A stretch of DNA of 61,774 nucleotides, filler included. It is 6 parts of 6 records of this genome, joined end to end, with 100 filler letters (N's around TTAATTAATTAA, not from the genome) between each part and the next. Parts side by side here need not be neighbours in the genome. Positions count along the whole stretch, not along the records: positions 1 to 8,183 come from SRR31147125_3284; positions 8,284 to 19,844 come from SRR31147125_3287; 4 more parts are not named here. One strand, given 5' to 3'. The notes under the pieces were generated by a model. That model ran no database searches and was not told the origin of the DNA. It saw only the letters and a program-made list of their open reading frames with translations. How positions within the stretch are numbered: position 1 is the stretch's first letter; every line of letters begins with the position of its first letter. Of this stretch, positions 1-10,068 are shown in pieces. The position numbers and the translations under genes were made by a program.

Positions 1-2
1 AA

Positions 3-272
3 AAAAATGGTTCAAATGGGACTTATCAAATATTTAGATGTACAGAAGGACTCGGGCGTGCTAAAATATACTTAAATCTAGCAGAAGATATATCGTCAGA
101 AAAATCATATAAAAATTTTATAGAGAAACTGGCATCTATATTTAAGAAAAATTTAAATATTAATCAAAGAGAACCCAATATAAAATTATCTGCTATTTCA
201 AAATATCTAAATGAATTTATGGATGTTATTATCTGGTTTCAAGAAGCTGTAAAAAAAGAATCAGCGTCTTAA
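3..272 (+). CDS. C-terminal fragment of a hypothetical protein (5' end outside window)
   Basis: Manual translation: open frame KNGSNGTYQIFRCTEG...WFQEAVKKESAS ending in TAA at 270-272; no family recognised. Confidence 0.55.
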   Translation, partial: KNGSNGTYQIFRCTEGLGRAKIYLNLAEDISSEKSYKNFIEKLASIFKKNLNINQREPNIKLSAISKYLNEFMDVIIWFQEAVKKESAS

Positions 273-494
273 TCAAATATTTAGGTTTAAAACAAAGGGC
301 ATTCTTTTACATGATTTGTCCTGAGCAACGCATTGCCTAAACATATCATTAGTTCTGTGTCTGTTCAGATGTAAAAAGAATGTAAGAAATACAAATAATT
401 GTACTAGAGCTAGTGTCATTTCTTGATAAATATCAAGTCATTGAAACATCAGAGGCACAAGTTATGTGCCTCTGGTGGAACACTCTTTATTTTT

Positions 495-3400
495 CTAAAA
501 AAGTTTTACCGGCCCAAACAATCCGGCATCAAAACAGGAATCGGCTGGAGCGCCATGCCATCCCCAGTGGCGAAGTTGACCGATATCATCCTGAAGACCC
601 ATTTCATTGACCATTAAATTGCCAACCTGAATTCTCAATTTATTTTTTCCGGGCTGAATGGTATTCTTGAGTGAAAATGTAAAGGGAGGCCACAATCTTT
701 TACCCACATTTTTATCATTAACCCAGACTTCTGCCATATGTAACACATGACCAAGGTCGAGAACGGCATCGTCAACACCTTTTGGCACGTTAAATTGGGT
801 TTCGTAATCCACAAAGCCGGTAAATCGTCTTAATCCCATATCCAGCCAGGAACCGAGTTCTCTCTTGTCAGAACCTTCACAGTAAAAGATCGCAGGCGAC
901 GATAAACCATTTTCACCGGCCCGAACTTTGATAGCCAGCACACGGTTTTTTTCAGGCAGAGACATCTTGTTTTCTTTTACAACAGATGTTTTGCCGTCAA
1001 CGAAGATTTTCGCCTTTGTCGATAGTTCGGGTAATTCAACCGATTTAGCGGCTGGTGGGATATTCAAACGTAATAACAGGTCTGATTGTTTAAAGACGAC
1101 TTTTTTCGGATTTTTCATGCTGCCTTTTGAATCTTTTTCAATGTTCGGTGGTGCCACAACAGCGTTTTGCCAGGAAGCATCGTTAAAATCGATTTGCTGC
1201 CAGCCAGGTTTTTCGATGTTAGATTCTTTCCAGTTTTCTCCGGTACGGATCTCAAATAAATCGCCGTTTATTAGTTGGACAGTTCCTTGCACAATCAGGG
1301 TACCGAAACCTGGATTATTTTTTACCCGGACAGCCAGCAGATTATCTCCTTCTCTTAACAGATGGGCTATATCATGTAGATCAGCGCCGGTCAGGTTTTT
1401 AGCATTCGGGCCAGGTTCTACCGGAGCGCCATTGAGCCAAAATTGAACCTCATTATCGGCATTAATATTCAAAAGTGCTCCCTCGGGAACATCTTTCAGA
1501 GTAAATTTATACCGGTAATATCTTGTACTTTGAGGTTCGGGAATATATAATACAAAAGCTTTCCAGGTGTCGATCAGCTGAAAAGGTCCAACCATATTTT
1601 GCCAAGCCCACTGTGAGTCATCATATTGCGGCTGCAAAAAGGCCGTATTTGAATCAGAGTCCTCCTGAAAGAACGATTTGGCAGAAGAGACCTTTATGGT
1701 ATCTGTTTCCGGAAACGACACGTGCCATGGACCTGCGAGAGGGATTTGCTCCGGTTTTTTTATACGTTGTTTCTTTTTTATAGCCGGTTTGTTCGCATCA
1801 AAAACAAGCCAAAAGGCCTGGTAAGGTTGAAAGTCGATTTGAACGATACTGGTGTTATTTTGCTTTTTATAGTAAATGGGCCGGATGTCACCATTTTCAC
1901 AATCCCATATTTCCGCCAGACCTGTGCCCTCGCGAAAAGCAAGGGTGCATGTCTGTTTTCGATTTGTTTTATTTGCCAGCCAGTAAAAATCATCCTGTCC
2001 ATTCTTACGATGTGAAAAAAACAGTGGCAGATCACCGGTTAGCATTGTTATTTGTGGTTCAATTGTCCCCTTTATCTGCTTAATAAGACTGGCCATTTTA
2101 TTCTCGTTGTCCGTTAAATCAATGACGGACTTGCACTTTTTCAATTGTGTCATTGCATCCTGTACGACAGCGTCTGGCATGCCAAATTCCGGAGAGCCCT
2201 GAGGTACATCACCCAGTAGAATAACAGGACCACCTGCCAAAGCAAAATCGAGGATCTTTTGCGCGGTAGTCTGTGATATAATGTACATGGGTGGCAGGAC
2301 AATAACAGAAAATATATGTTTCCCAATTCGGAGTTGAGCAGGAGGATCTGATGATTTTTGAACTATTGATTTTGCCATATAAAAATCATCCGCAACAAGA
2401 TAATCCAGCATGGAATCGGAAAGCACCTTCATGGCTTTGGAATAGGTGTTGTTGATTTCAACCACGACTTCAGGCCAGTCATTACCATCTTTGCCTTTAA
2501 AAAAACCTTCGGATAGGGCCCAGGCGCTTTTTAAAGGATTAATCAGCAGAATATCCGCAATCAAATGCCCCTGGCGGTTTACGAACGAGGCGCGGCGGGC
2601 AAAATCGGTCCACAGATGCATATAGCGCCAGTATGGATTTTCAGTAAACCAGTCCGCCGGATAGGGGATGGTCTCCAGTTTTCTGTTCATATTGATGCCA
2701 TGTGGCACTGTATGGGTGACACCCCAGGCTGTCACTCCATTAAGAGTTTGTTTCATCTGCACCGGTGTTTGCTCCCAACCAGCTACACCCATGAGTTCGC
2801 TCATAAAAGGACGGTCTTCAAATTCGCACACCGATTGTGTTTCTTTAAAGTCATGTACGTCCTGGGATTTCATAATCAGACAGTCATTTCCCGGCATGGA
2901 GACGCTGCGCTGTGCCCGCATAAAATCTCCCACAGCCCGGGTCTGTAACATGATGGACTCTTCCCACAAGTTGGAAATGGTGTACATGCCACGGTCCTGC
3001 AGCCAGTTACTTAATCGTCCCAGGAATTGATTGCTATAAACATCTGATACCACATCAAACCAGTCACATCGGGCTTTGGCCCATAAACCCTGCTCATCCT
3101 TTTCAGTGAGTAAAGGCAGCCACAGTCGTATATCCCGATGTTTCAATTCCTGGTACCGCTCAGCCAGATAATCGGACCAGGCCATTTTCCAGCCATAATC
3201 TCCTTCATTATCGACAAACACGCCGGGGATGGTTTTACCCATGGCATTGGGGAAATTATTATCATATGGCTCATGCGCTATGGGTATAAAGGTGTCCATT
3301 AATCGGGAATCCAGATAATTCACCTTGCCACCATCCACACCCGGATGATGGTACAAATTATAGGAGTAGATAATCCATTTTCCTTCCGGAACAGTCCATT

Positions 3401-4031
3401 CAAAGGCAGAACCCTGACCAATGACTTTTAACGTGCTGGCCAACAAATGATTTCTTTCTGTTAATCTTCCGGCTACAGTAAATTTTGAAGGTTCACATTG
3501 AACTTTACCAGGCCCCTGGATTTCCTGTCTCGTCCACTCCAGGGATGTGGCTTTTAAAGTGGAATCCATTTCCAGTACCCGACCAGCAGCCTGACCGCTT
3601 GGCCACCAGTATTCATCGCAATATCCCAGTGTCATCCCGGCTGTTTCCGCTTTTTTGAGAGCAGCGCTGAAACTTTCAAACCAGAGAGGGGAGAGCCATT
3701 GTTCGTGCGGCAGGAAAGGAAAGGGTGACTCTATTGAGCCACTATGGCGTGGGTGGGCATAACCGGGATTCAGTCGTTGAGTGGTCATCTCGTGAGCCAT
3801 TTCAGCAGCCTGTGCCGGATCCAGGGGCGCATCCCAGAACCAGAACGTATGCGGCGCATACCAGAGCGGTGGTTCTTCAAAATGTTGCCTCACCTGAGTG
3901 ACATTGTATTTTTTCTGCCATTCGGCCGCTGAACATGGTGATAATATTAAAAAAAGCACAACACATACAAAAAGACACGCCAGGGTCTTTGCCCCTGAAA
4001 CAAAAAGCGCACGTTCACCATGCTGGTACAT
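495..4031 (-). CDS. Secreted GH106-like (alpha-L-rhamnosidase-like) glycoside hydrolase with C-terminal GH2-type sugar-binding/jelly-roll domains
   Basis: Signal peptide; motifs PHTFWFW, DEYWWPSG, FVDNEG, SELMG, and C-terminal LDLGHV..AEVWVN..G.RLWPPF...GLFGPV. GGAGG precedes the ATG at 4031 (ORF track starts at 4046). Confidence 0.75.
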   Translation of the reverse strand: MYQHGERALFVSGAKTLACLFVCVVLFLILSPCSAAEWQKKYNVTQVRQHFEEPPLWYAPHTFWFWDAPLDPAQAAEMAHEMTTQRLNPGYAHPRHSGSIESPFPFLPHEQWLSPLWFESFSAALKKAETAGMTLGYCDEYWWPSGQAAGRVLEMDSTLKATSLEWTRQEIQGPGKVQCEPSKFTVAGRLTERNHLLASTLKVIGQGSAFEWTVPEGKWIIYSYNLYHHPGVDGGKVNYLDSRLMDTFIPIAHEPYDNNFPNAMGKTIPGVFVDNEGDYGWKMAWSDYLAERYQELKHRDIRLWLPLLTEKDEQGLWAKARCDWFDVVSDVYSNQFLGRLSNWLQDRGMYTISNLWEESIMLQTRAVGDFMRAQRSVSMPGNDCLIMKSQDVHDFKETQSVCEFEDRPFMSELMGVAGWEQTPVQMKQTLNGVTAWGVTHTVPHGINMNRKLETIPYPADWFTENPYWRYMHLWTDFARRASFVNRQGHLIADILLINPLKSAWALSEGFFKGKDGNDWPEVVVEINNTYSKAMKVLSDSMLDYLVADDFYMAKSIVQKSSDPPAQLRIGKHIFSVIVLPPMYIISQTTAQKILDFALAGGPVILLGDVPQGSPEFGMPDAVVQDAMTQLKKCKSVIDLTDNENKMASLIKQIKGTIEPQITMLTGDLPLFFSHRKNGQDDFYWLANKTNRKQTCTLAFREGTGLAEIWDCENGDIRPIYYKKQNNTSIVQIDFQPYQAFWLVFDANKPAIKKKQRIKKPEQIPLAGPWHVSFPETDTIKVSSAKSFFQEDSDSNTAFLQPQYDDSQWAWQNMVGPFQLIDTWKAFVLYIPEPQSTRYYRYKFTLKDVPEGALLNINADNEVQFWLNGAPVEPGPNAKNLTGADLHDIAHLLREGDNLLAVRVKNNPGFGTLIVQGTVQLINGDLFEIRTGENWKESNIEKPGWQQIDFNDASWQNAVVAPPNIEKDSKGSMKNPKKVVFKQSDLLLRLNIPPAAKSVELPELSTKAKIFVDGKTSVVKENKMSLPEKNRVLAIKVRAGENGLSSPAIFYCEGSDKRELGSWLDMGLRRFTGFVDYETQFNVPKGVDDAVLDLGHVLHMAEVWVNDKNVGKRLWPPFTFSLKNTIQPGKNKLRIQVGNLMVNEMGLQDDIGQLRHWGWHGAPADSCFDAGLFGPVKLF

Positions 4032-4496
4032 GGGATGTTCCTCCATTATGTGGGAATTTTATATGTTAGATTATTCTACTATCCAGTGGGTTATTTTTTA
4101 AACGTATCATAATATTTTTATAAAACAAGAAAAATGACTTTTGTTTTAAACTTTATGGTGATGGTGATAGCCTTCATGCTCAACCTCCCGGAGGTTAGTC
4201 TGCATTGTGCTCTCTAATTTACCTTGATTTTTCACGAATAAACCGTTAATTTAGATTTTATTTATTTAAACAGTTTTGGCAGATATGTGACGATAATGGT
4301 TTTGTTTTGCTCCAAAAGAGACTTTTTTACTGGAGTAGACATCCGCAGTAACAGAAGATAAGACATTCCGGAACAGGGGACTGGCATTTTTATCCTTCCG
4401 TAAACAGGTTTGTATCAAATCGGATATATTATTTAATTGTTCGCAACATTATGCAACCGAATCATATTTTAAAGATAAATATCGATACTGTACCGT

Positions 4497-4513
4497 ATTG
4501 TCTGTCAGACAAT
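4497..4513. promoter_or_regulatory. Palindromic candidate operator ATTGTCTG-T-CAGACAAT (FadR/GntR type)
   Basis: Perfect 8-bp inverted repeat 50 bp upstream of the 4564 ATG; core TGTCAGACAA recurs at 6249-6258. Confidence 0.5.
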
Positions 4514-4563
4514 TCTTTAATGTGTAGTCATTTAGTAATCATGAAAAAACCGGAAATATACAT

Positions 4564-6081
4564 ATGATCTTACATCATCAGTTTATCAGAAATGCAAAAA
4601 AATACAGTAATAAATTCGCTTTTATAGATAAAACAATGGGGAAAAGGATCTCTTTTTCAAAGGCTTTAATTGCAGCACTTTTATTCTCCCGGCGTTATAT
4701 CAAATTTAAGGATAAATATGTTGGCGTCATGATTCCCAATTCCGCTGGTTCTTTTTTGAGTGTTTTGGGTTTATTAATGGCTGGCAAGGTGCCGGTTTTG
4801 ATAAATTATTCCACTGGAGCAGAGCAGAATTGTCTATATGCCCGGGAACGATGTGGATTCCATACTATTTTGACTTCAAAAGCGTTGCTGGAAAAGGTAA
4901 AATGTCCGAAATTATCCGGCATGATTTATATTGAGGACCTATCGCAGAAATTTCGTCTTGTTGAAAAGATAAAAGCGGTTTGTCTATCCATAATGCCTGT
5001 GCCCATACTTTTAAAGTTATTGCCAACCGCTCATGTCGATGATACATGTACCATTCTTTTTACCAGCGGCAGTGAGAGCGATCCAAAAGCTGTACAACTT
5101 TCGCACAGGAATATTGGCTCAAATGTAAAGGACATATTAAAAGTATTTAACCTGAAACAGGATGACCTGGTGCTTTCTATTCTGCCTCTTTTTCATGTTT
5201 TTGGGCTTACAACCGGATATTGGATGCCTTTGACGCTTGGAGTGCCTATTGTATCCTGTGCCAATCCGCTGGAGTTTAAAAAAATACCCACATATATACG
5301 GGAAGAAAAAGTGACATTGATTCCCGCGACACCTTCTTTTTTTGCCGCCTATCTCAGGGAATCCAAACCAGGTGATTTTGCTTCTGTACGAATTATGGTG
5401 CCTGGTGGTGACAAGACGCCAGAGTGGTTAAAGGAGGGATACCGGGAAAAACATCAGAGAGAGTTATATGAAGGTTATGGTACAACTGAAACCAGCCCGG
5501 TTATCGCTACGAATACTCCTGAGGCACACAAACCCGGAAGTGTGGGGCGAGTTCTTCCTAATGCCAGGGTAAGAATCGTTCATGTGGATACCGGTGAAAC
5601 GTTACCTGCCGGGCAAGAGGGAAAAATTTTGGTCAAAGGTGATCTGGTCATGAAAGGCTATTTTGATGATATTGAAGCCACATCGTTGCGGATTCAAAAT
5701 GGCTGGTACGAGACAGGAGACATGGGTGTTCTGGATGCGGATGGCTTTCTGTGGCATCGGGGACGGTTGCGACGATTTGTAAAAATCGGTGGCGAGATGA
5801 TCTCAATGGTCAAAACAGAATCGGTACTAGAGACGTTTCTACCTTCAGGTGTTGATTGTTGTGTTGTAGAGATCCCGGATCGTAAAAAAGGCGCAAGGCT
5901 GGTTGCCGTGACAACCGAACAGATTGAAAAAAGCAAAATTGTTAAAAAAATGGGTAAATTGCTGCCCAATCTGGCCATTCCAAAGACATTTCTTGTCATT
6001 CCGGACTTGCCCAAAATGGGAAGTGGTAAGGTGGATTTTAGAACAGTGACAAAGATGGTGCGTAAGGAAGTGAGCCACTGA
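4564..6081 (+). CDS. AMP-binding acyl-ACP/acyl-CoA synthetase (stand-alone Aas synthetase-like domain)
   Basis: LFTSGSESDPK, YEGYGTTETSP, WYETGD, RFVKIGGEMIS and LPKMGSGKVD motifs. Confidence 0.85.
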   Translation: MILHHQFIRNAKKYSNKFAFIDKTMGKRISFSKALIAALLFSRRYIKFKDKYVGVMIPNSAGSFLSVLGLLMAGKVPVLINYSTGAEQNCLYARERCGFHTILTSKALLEKVKCPKLSGMIYIEDLSQKFRLVEKIKAVCLSIMPVPILLKLLPTAHVDDTCTILFTSGSESDPKAVQLSHRNIGSNVKDILKVFNLKQDDLVLSILPLFHVFGLTTGYWMPLTLGVPIVSCANPLEFKKIPTYIREEKVTLIPATPSFFAAYLRESKPGDFASVRIMVPGGDKTPEWLKEGYREKHQRELYEGYGTTETSPVIATNTPEAHKPGSVGRVLPNARVRIVHVDTGETLPAGQEGKILVKGDLVMKGYFDDIEATSLRIQNGWYETGDMGVLDADGFLWHRGRLRRFVKIGGEMISMVKTESVLETFLPSGVDCCVVEIPDRKKGARLVAVTTEQIEKSKIVKKMGKLLPNLAIPKTFLVIPDLPKMGSGKVDFRTVTKMVRKEVSH

Positions 6082-6097
6082 TAAAGTCCATTCAAAA

Positions 6098-6153
6098 TTC
6101 CTCACGCACAAAGGCTTTCTACTTTACACATAACACGTTTTTTGCGTGAGGAA
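6098..6153. terminator. Long-armed hairpin after the acyl ligase gene
   Basis: TTCCTCACGCACAAA (6098-6112) pairs with TTTTTGCGTGAGGAA (6139-6153) with one mismatch; no clear U-tract follows. Confidence 0.4.
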
Positions 6154-6203
6154 GATACAAAAATAAACAGTATATCAATAGGGTGAAAAAAATGAAAAAA
6201 ATC

Positions 6204-6258
6204 TTGACATTAATATTCAAATAATTATATTAAAAAAGCGTGTCCAGTTGTCAGACAA
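6204..6258 (+). promoter_or_regulatory. Sigma70-like promoter plus palindromic operator of the GntR gene
   Basis: TTGACA 6204-6209, 16 bp spacer, TATATT 6226-6231; TTGTC-A-GACAA palindrome 6248-6258 just downstream. Confidence 0.55.
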
Positions 6259-6286
6259 GTATACAAGATATTTTGAAAGGCAATAG

Positions 6287-7069
6287 ATGGACAAAAAAGT
6301 CAAACAGTTTTCCCCACAAAGCCTGCATAGATCCCCCCGTTTGAGCGAGCAAGTTGAAGCTCAACTTAGAGAATCCATATATAAATATGTATATCAACAG
6401 GGTGAGTATTTACCCAGTGAAAATGAACTCGCCAGCATATTTGGTGTCAGCAGAAGTGTTATTCGTGAAGCCTTGTCCATGCTCTCCTCAAAAGGATTAA
6501 TAAAAATTGAAAAGGGCAAAGGGGCTTTTGTTTTAGAACCTTCTGTTAATAATGTTCTCGACTCTTTTTCACAGCTGGTCAATTTCAAGTGTGGTAATAA
6601 AAGTTTAAATAATATTTTAGAGATCAGAAACATTATAGAGCCATCGGTAGCAGCACTGGCTGCCCAAAATCGCACTGAAGCAGATATCCAAAAGTTGCAG
6701 GATGATCTGGAAAAAATGGAAAAAGACCAGAGTGACATCGTAAAACTAAGTCATTGGGACCTCAAATTTCATCTTGCAATAGCCAGTTCATGTGGTAATC
6801 CTGTCATGCCCATCGTATTGGAACCTCTCTTTCATATCCTTTCCAAGTACCATCCTCCCATTTTCTATGACGAACAAGTCATAAATATTACCATTCAATA
6901 TCATAAAAAGATTCTGCAAGCCATAATTGCTCAGATTAAAAGAGACGCATTTGTCGCAATGGAGAATCATCTCAAAGTGACGGCGATGCATAATACACGA
7001 CTTTATTCTCAGATAGAAAATGAAACATTAACAAAGGACAAAAAAATATTAGGAGGTGATGTCTTTTAA
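6287..7069 (+). CDS. FadR/GntR-family transcriptional regulator (wHTH + FCD)
   Basis: LPSENELASIFGVSRSVIREAL HTH; DLKFHLAIASSCGNPV FCD motif. Confidence 0.9.
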   Translation: MDKKVKQFSPQSLHRSPRLSEQVEAQLRESIYKYVYQQGEYLPSENELASIFGVSRSVIREALSMLSSKGLIKIEKGKGAFVLEPSVNNVLDSFSQLVNFKCGNKSLNNILEIRNIIEPSVAALAAQNRTEADIQKLQDDLEKMEKDQSDIVKLSHWDLKFHLAIASSCGNPVMPIVLEPLFHILSKYHPPIFYDEQVINITIQYHKKILQAIIAQIKRDAFVAMENHLKVTAMHNTRLYSQIENETLTKDKKILGGDVF

Positions 7070-7199
7070 ACTCTAATAACAAAATGATGTAATTCCAGCG
7101 GAGCGGACCAGATATAAGGCATGAATGGTAGAATTCATTGGAAAAGATGTACCTCGCTTTAATCTAACTAGTATGGGAATTGGATAATGGAGGTAAATA

Positions 7200-8183
7200 A
7201 TGAAAAAGAAACTTTTTGTTTCATTTCTTTTTTTATGTTGTCTTTTCTCAGGCGCTCTTGCCGGAACAACCGGTAAAATATCAGGGCGTGTGACTGATGC
7301 AACGTCCGGGGAAGCGCTTCCCGGGGTCAATGTTGTCATTGAAAATTCAACAATGGGGGCTGCAACGGATACCGAAGGCTACTATTATATCCTCAACATT
7401 CCACCCGGGCAATATATCCTGGTTGCCTCGATGATTGGCTACAAATCGATGCGACAGATAAATGTCCAGGTCGATGTTGATCGTACGAAAAAAGTTGAGT
7501 TCACCATGTCTCTCACAACAATCGAAGGGGAAGAAGTCACAGTTGTTGCTGAACGGGACATTGTTCCAATGGATGTATCTTCAAGTCAGCTCATCACTCA
7601 GGCCGAACAAGTGATTGAAATTCCGGCTGTGCAGGATGTCGAACAATTTTTAAACATGCAGGCTGGTATTGAGGATATGGTTATCCGTGGTGGCGGACAA
7701 AACCAGACTGGTATGATGATTGATGGTACAATTATGGTGGATGAACGTGTCAATAAACCAACATTGGCGAGTGTTAATCTCAGTGCTATTAAAGAGATCT
7801 CTTTGCTTACTGGTGGTTTTAATGCGGAATACGGAAACGTTCGATCCGGCATGATTAGTGTTGTCACCAAAGATGGTGGAAAGGATTTTCATGGATCTGT
7901 CGATTATCGCTACAGTCCACCTGATGAAAAACATTTTGGTCCTTCCTTTTATAATGTGGACAGCTATTACCTCAGACCTTACATGGACCCGGCAGTGTGT
8001 TGGGAGGGAACAGGTAATTGGGATGAAACTACACAACTACAATATCCCTCTTTTGGTGGTTGGAATGAATATTCAGCACGACTTTTAGCAGATGATGATC
8101 CCACCAATGATCGTACCCCGGAAGAATGCCGGGATTTATTCATGTTTAGAAAATTCGCTGAAGGCAGCAGTCGTGAACGAAAA
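7200..8183 (+). CDS. TonB-dependent receptor, N-terminal part (carboxypeptidase-regulatory-like + plug), truncated by contig end
   Basis: Signal peptide, AGTTGKISGRVTD..GEALPGVNV, IRGG, TGGFNAEYG..RSG.I.VVTKDG. Confidence 0.85.
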
Positions 8184-8283
8184 NNNNNNNNNNNNNNNNN
8201 NNNNNNNNNNNNNNNNNNNNNNNNNNNTTAATTAATTAANNNNNNNNNNNNNNNNNNNNNNNNNNNNNNNNNNNNNNNNNNNN
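8184..8283. other. Artificial contig spacer (N-run, TTAATTAATTAA, N-run)
   Basis: Same 100-nt linker with stops in all frames occurs five times. Confidence 0.97.
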
Positions 8284-8403
8284 AGTGAGTTAATCTGGTA
8301 TATGCTGACCAGAAAAGAACAATTTGACGAGATGAGGATGATAGATTCTTCGTTGCAGATAAAGTCGATGGATATGTGGAATAGAACCAGCATTGCTGGA
8401 TAG
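8284..8403 (+). mobile_element. Possible C-terminal tail of an IS110-family transposase
   Basis: Manual translation SELIWYMLTRKEQFDEMRMIDSSLQ...AG* resembles the IWxMLT..E.F end of IS110 transposases; contig breaks here. Confidence 0.3.
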
Positions 8404-8461
8404 CTATATATCGTGAGGTTTTGAATTGTATCACTATTTACTTTTTTGTAGGAGATAGATA

Positions 8462-10068
8462 ATGATGTATTCTAATTTTAAAATTGGGCATTTTGATGAT
8501 ATCGAGCAACCAATTGCTAGTGTAACTGCAGGAATCCAACAGCTAAATAGAGAACTTCAAATACAAGGATTTAATAAACAGATCAAATATAAAGGTTACC
8601 AAGATATTAATGAATTTTGGGATGATATAAAAGATGGATTGACTCAGTTTGATATTATAATTTTAGATATGTATGAAAAAAATCAGATTGATTTTAAAGA
8701 AAGGCTTGTTGGGGTTGAATTCTTACGCAAATTAGCTACTCTAGATGTTATACCATATATAATTATTTGCTCTAGAGGCGCAATAAATGAGGATTTTATA
8801 TTACAAGAATTGTTTAATAAATATTCTTTTATACATCCCGATATTGTCATTAAACCTAATTATGTAAAACTTGGTAGCATTATAGAAAATATTGTCGTTA
8901 ATAGATTCATACACTATAACGATTTTATTTTCTGGGATAAAGATAACTTTTCTTTACAAGCAGATATTGAGCATATAGGAGTAATGAATTTAAAATCTAT
9001 TCTTTATAAGTTAAAACAAAAAAAGAAGTAGAAAATTTTGAGATAAGCAAATTAGCTACAGGATTCAGTGGAGCTTTTGTTTTTCTCATAAAAAGTAATA
9101 ATAACAAGAAATTTATTTTAAAAATATCTAAAGATAAACAAAAGCTACATGATGAACACCAAAAATCTATAGAAAAGTATAGGCAATTCCCTTCTCAATT
9201 CATAATTGATATTGGAGAAGAAATTAAAGATCATGAAGTTTGTGCCTTTATTATTGAATTCATAGACCACGGAAAAACCTTATTTGAAACCATACAAAAT
9301 GAGTCTGTTAATGGTATTAATAACATACTTAAGGATTTATTCTATGGGTATGGGTTAAAAGAGCATTATTCCGAGAATCAGTCTCAGAATACAGCTGAAA
9401 AGAAATATTTTAGTATTTTCAAAAATTTCAACATTGCTAAGATAAATTTAGTAAGAAATGCAATATTTGAGTATATTCCATTATTAGATTATTTAAGCGA
9501 TAAACTAACATTTGATAAAGCAAATTTGATAAATTTTATAGAATATGGAATTTATAATAACTTAAATTATCATAATGTAGAAATAAAATCCGATAATAAA
9601 CTAACTCTAAGTCATGGTGATTTTCATTCTAAAAATATTATAATAAAAGGTAAAAGACCATTTATAATTGATACTGGAAGTATTGGAATGACATCTTGGT
9701 GCAGTGATATTTGTCGGTTAATAGTTGATCTCTTTGTTAATGGCTATCTATTAAGAGATATAGACAACTATTTAATTGATAAAATCCCGAATAAGTTCTC
9801 AATAGGTGAAAAAATAATAAATCTTAAAAATATAGAAACAAATGGAAACAACTTCTTGTATGCAATTAATTGGATAATAATGAATATAAAAGATATTTTT
9901 AAAACTCAATTTTGCCTTTATGAATATCAATTAGGCCTGTTAAAGGAATTTTTGCAGATATCTTATAGAATTTCTTCTATTCCACAAAGTCAAAAAGTAT
10001 TATCCTTGTTTTTAGCATCTGAATGCCTACACAAAGCAAATGAGAATTGCTTAAAAATAAGTGATTAA
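8462..10068 (+). CDS. Receiver domain fused to an APH/choline-kinase-like phosphotransferase (one frameshift near 9018-9025)
   Basis: REC motifs HFDD, IIILDM, GVEFL, IIICS, IKP. Second frame is open 9025-10068 with GFSGAFVF, FILK, HGDFHSKN, IIDTG. Confidence 0.7.

Noticed and set aside
8228-8239. TTAATTAATTAA palindrome repeated five times
   Set aside because: Always embedded in N-runs of fixed length; an artificial linker
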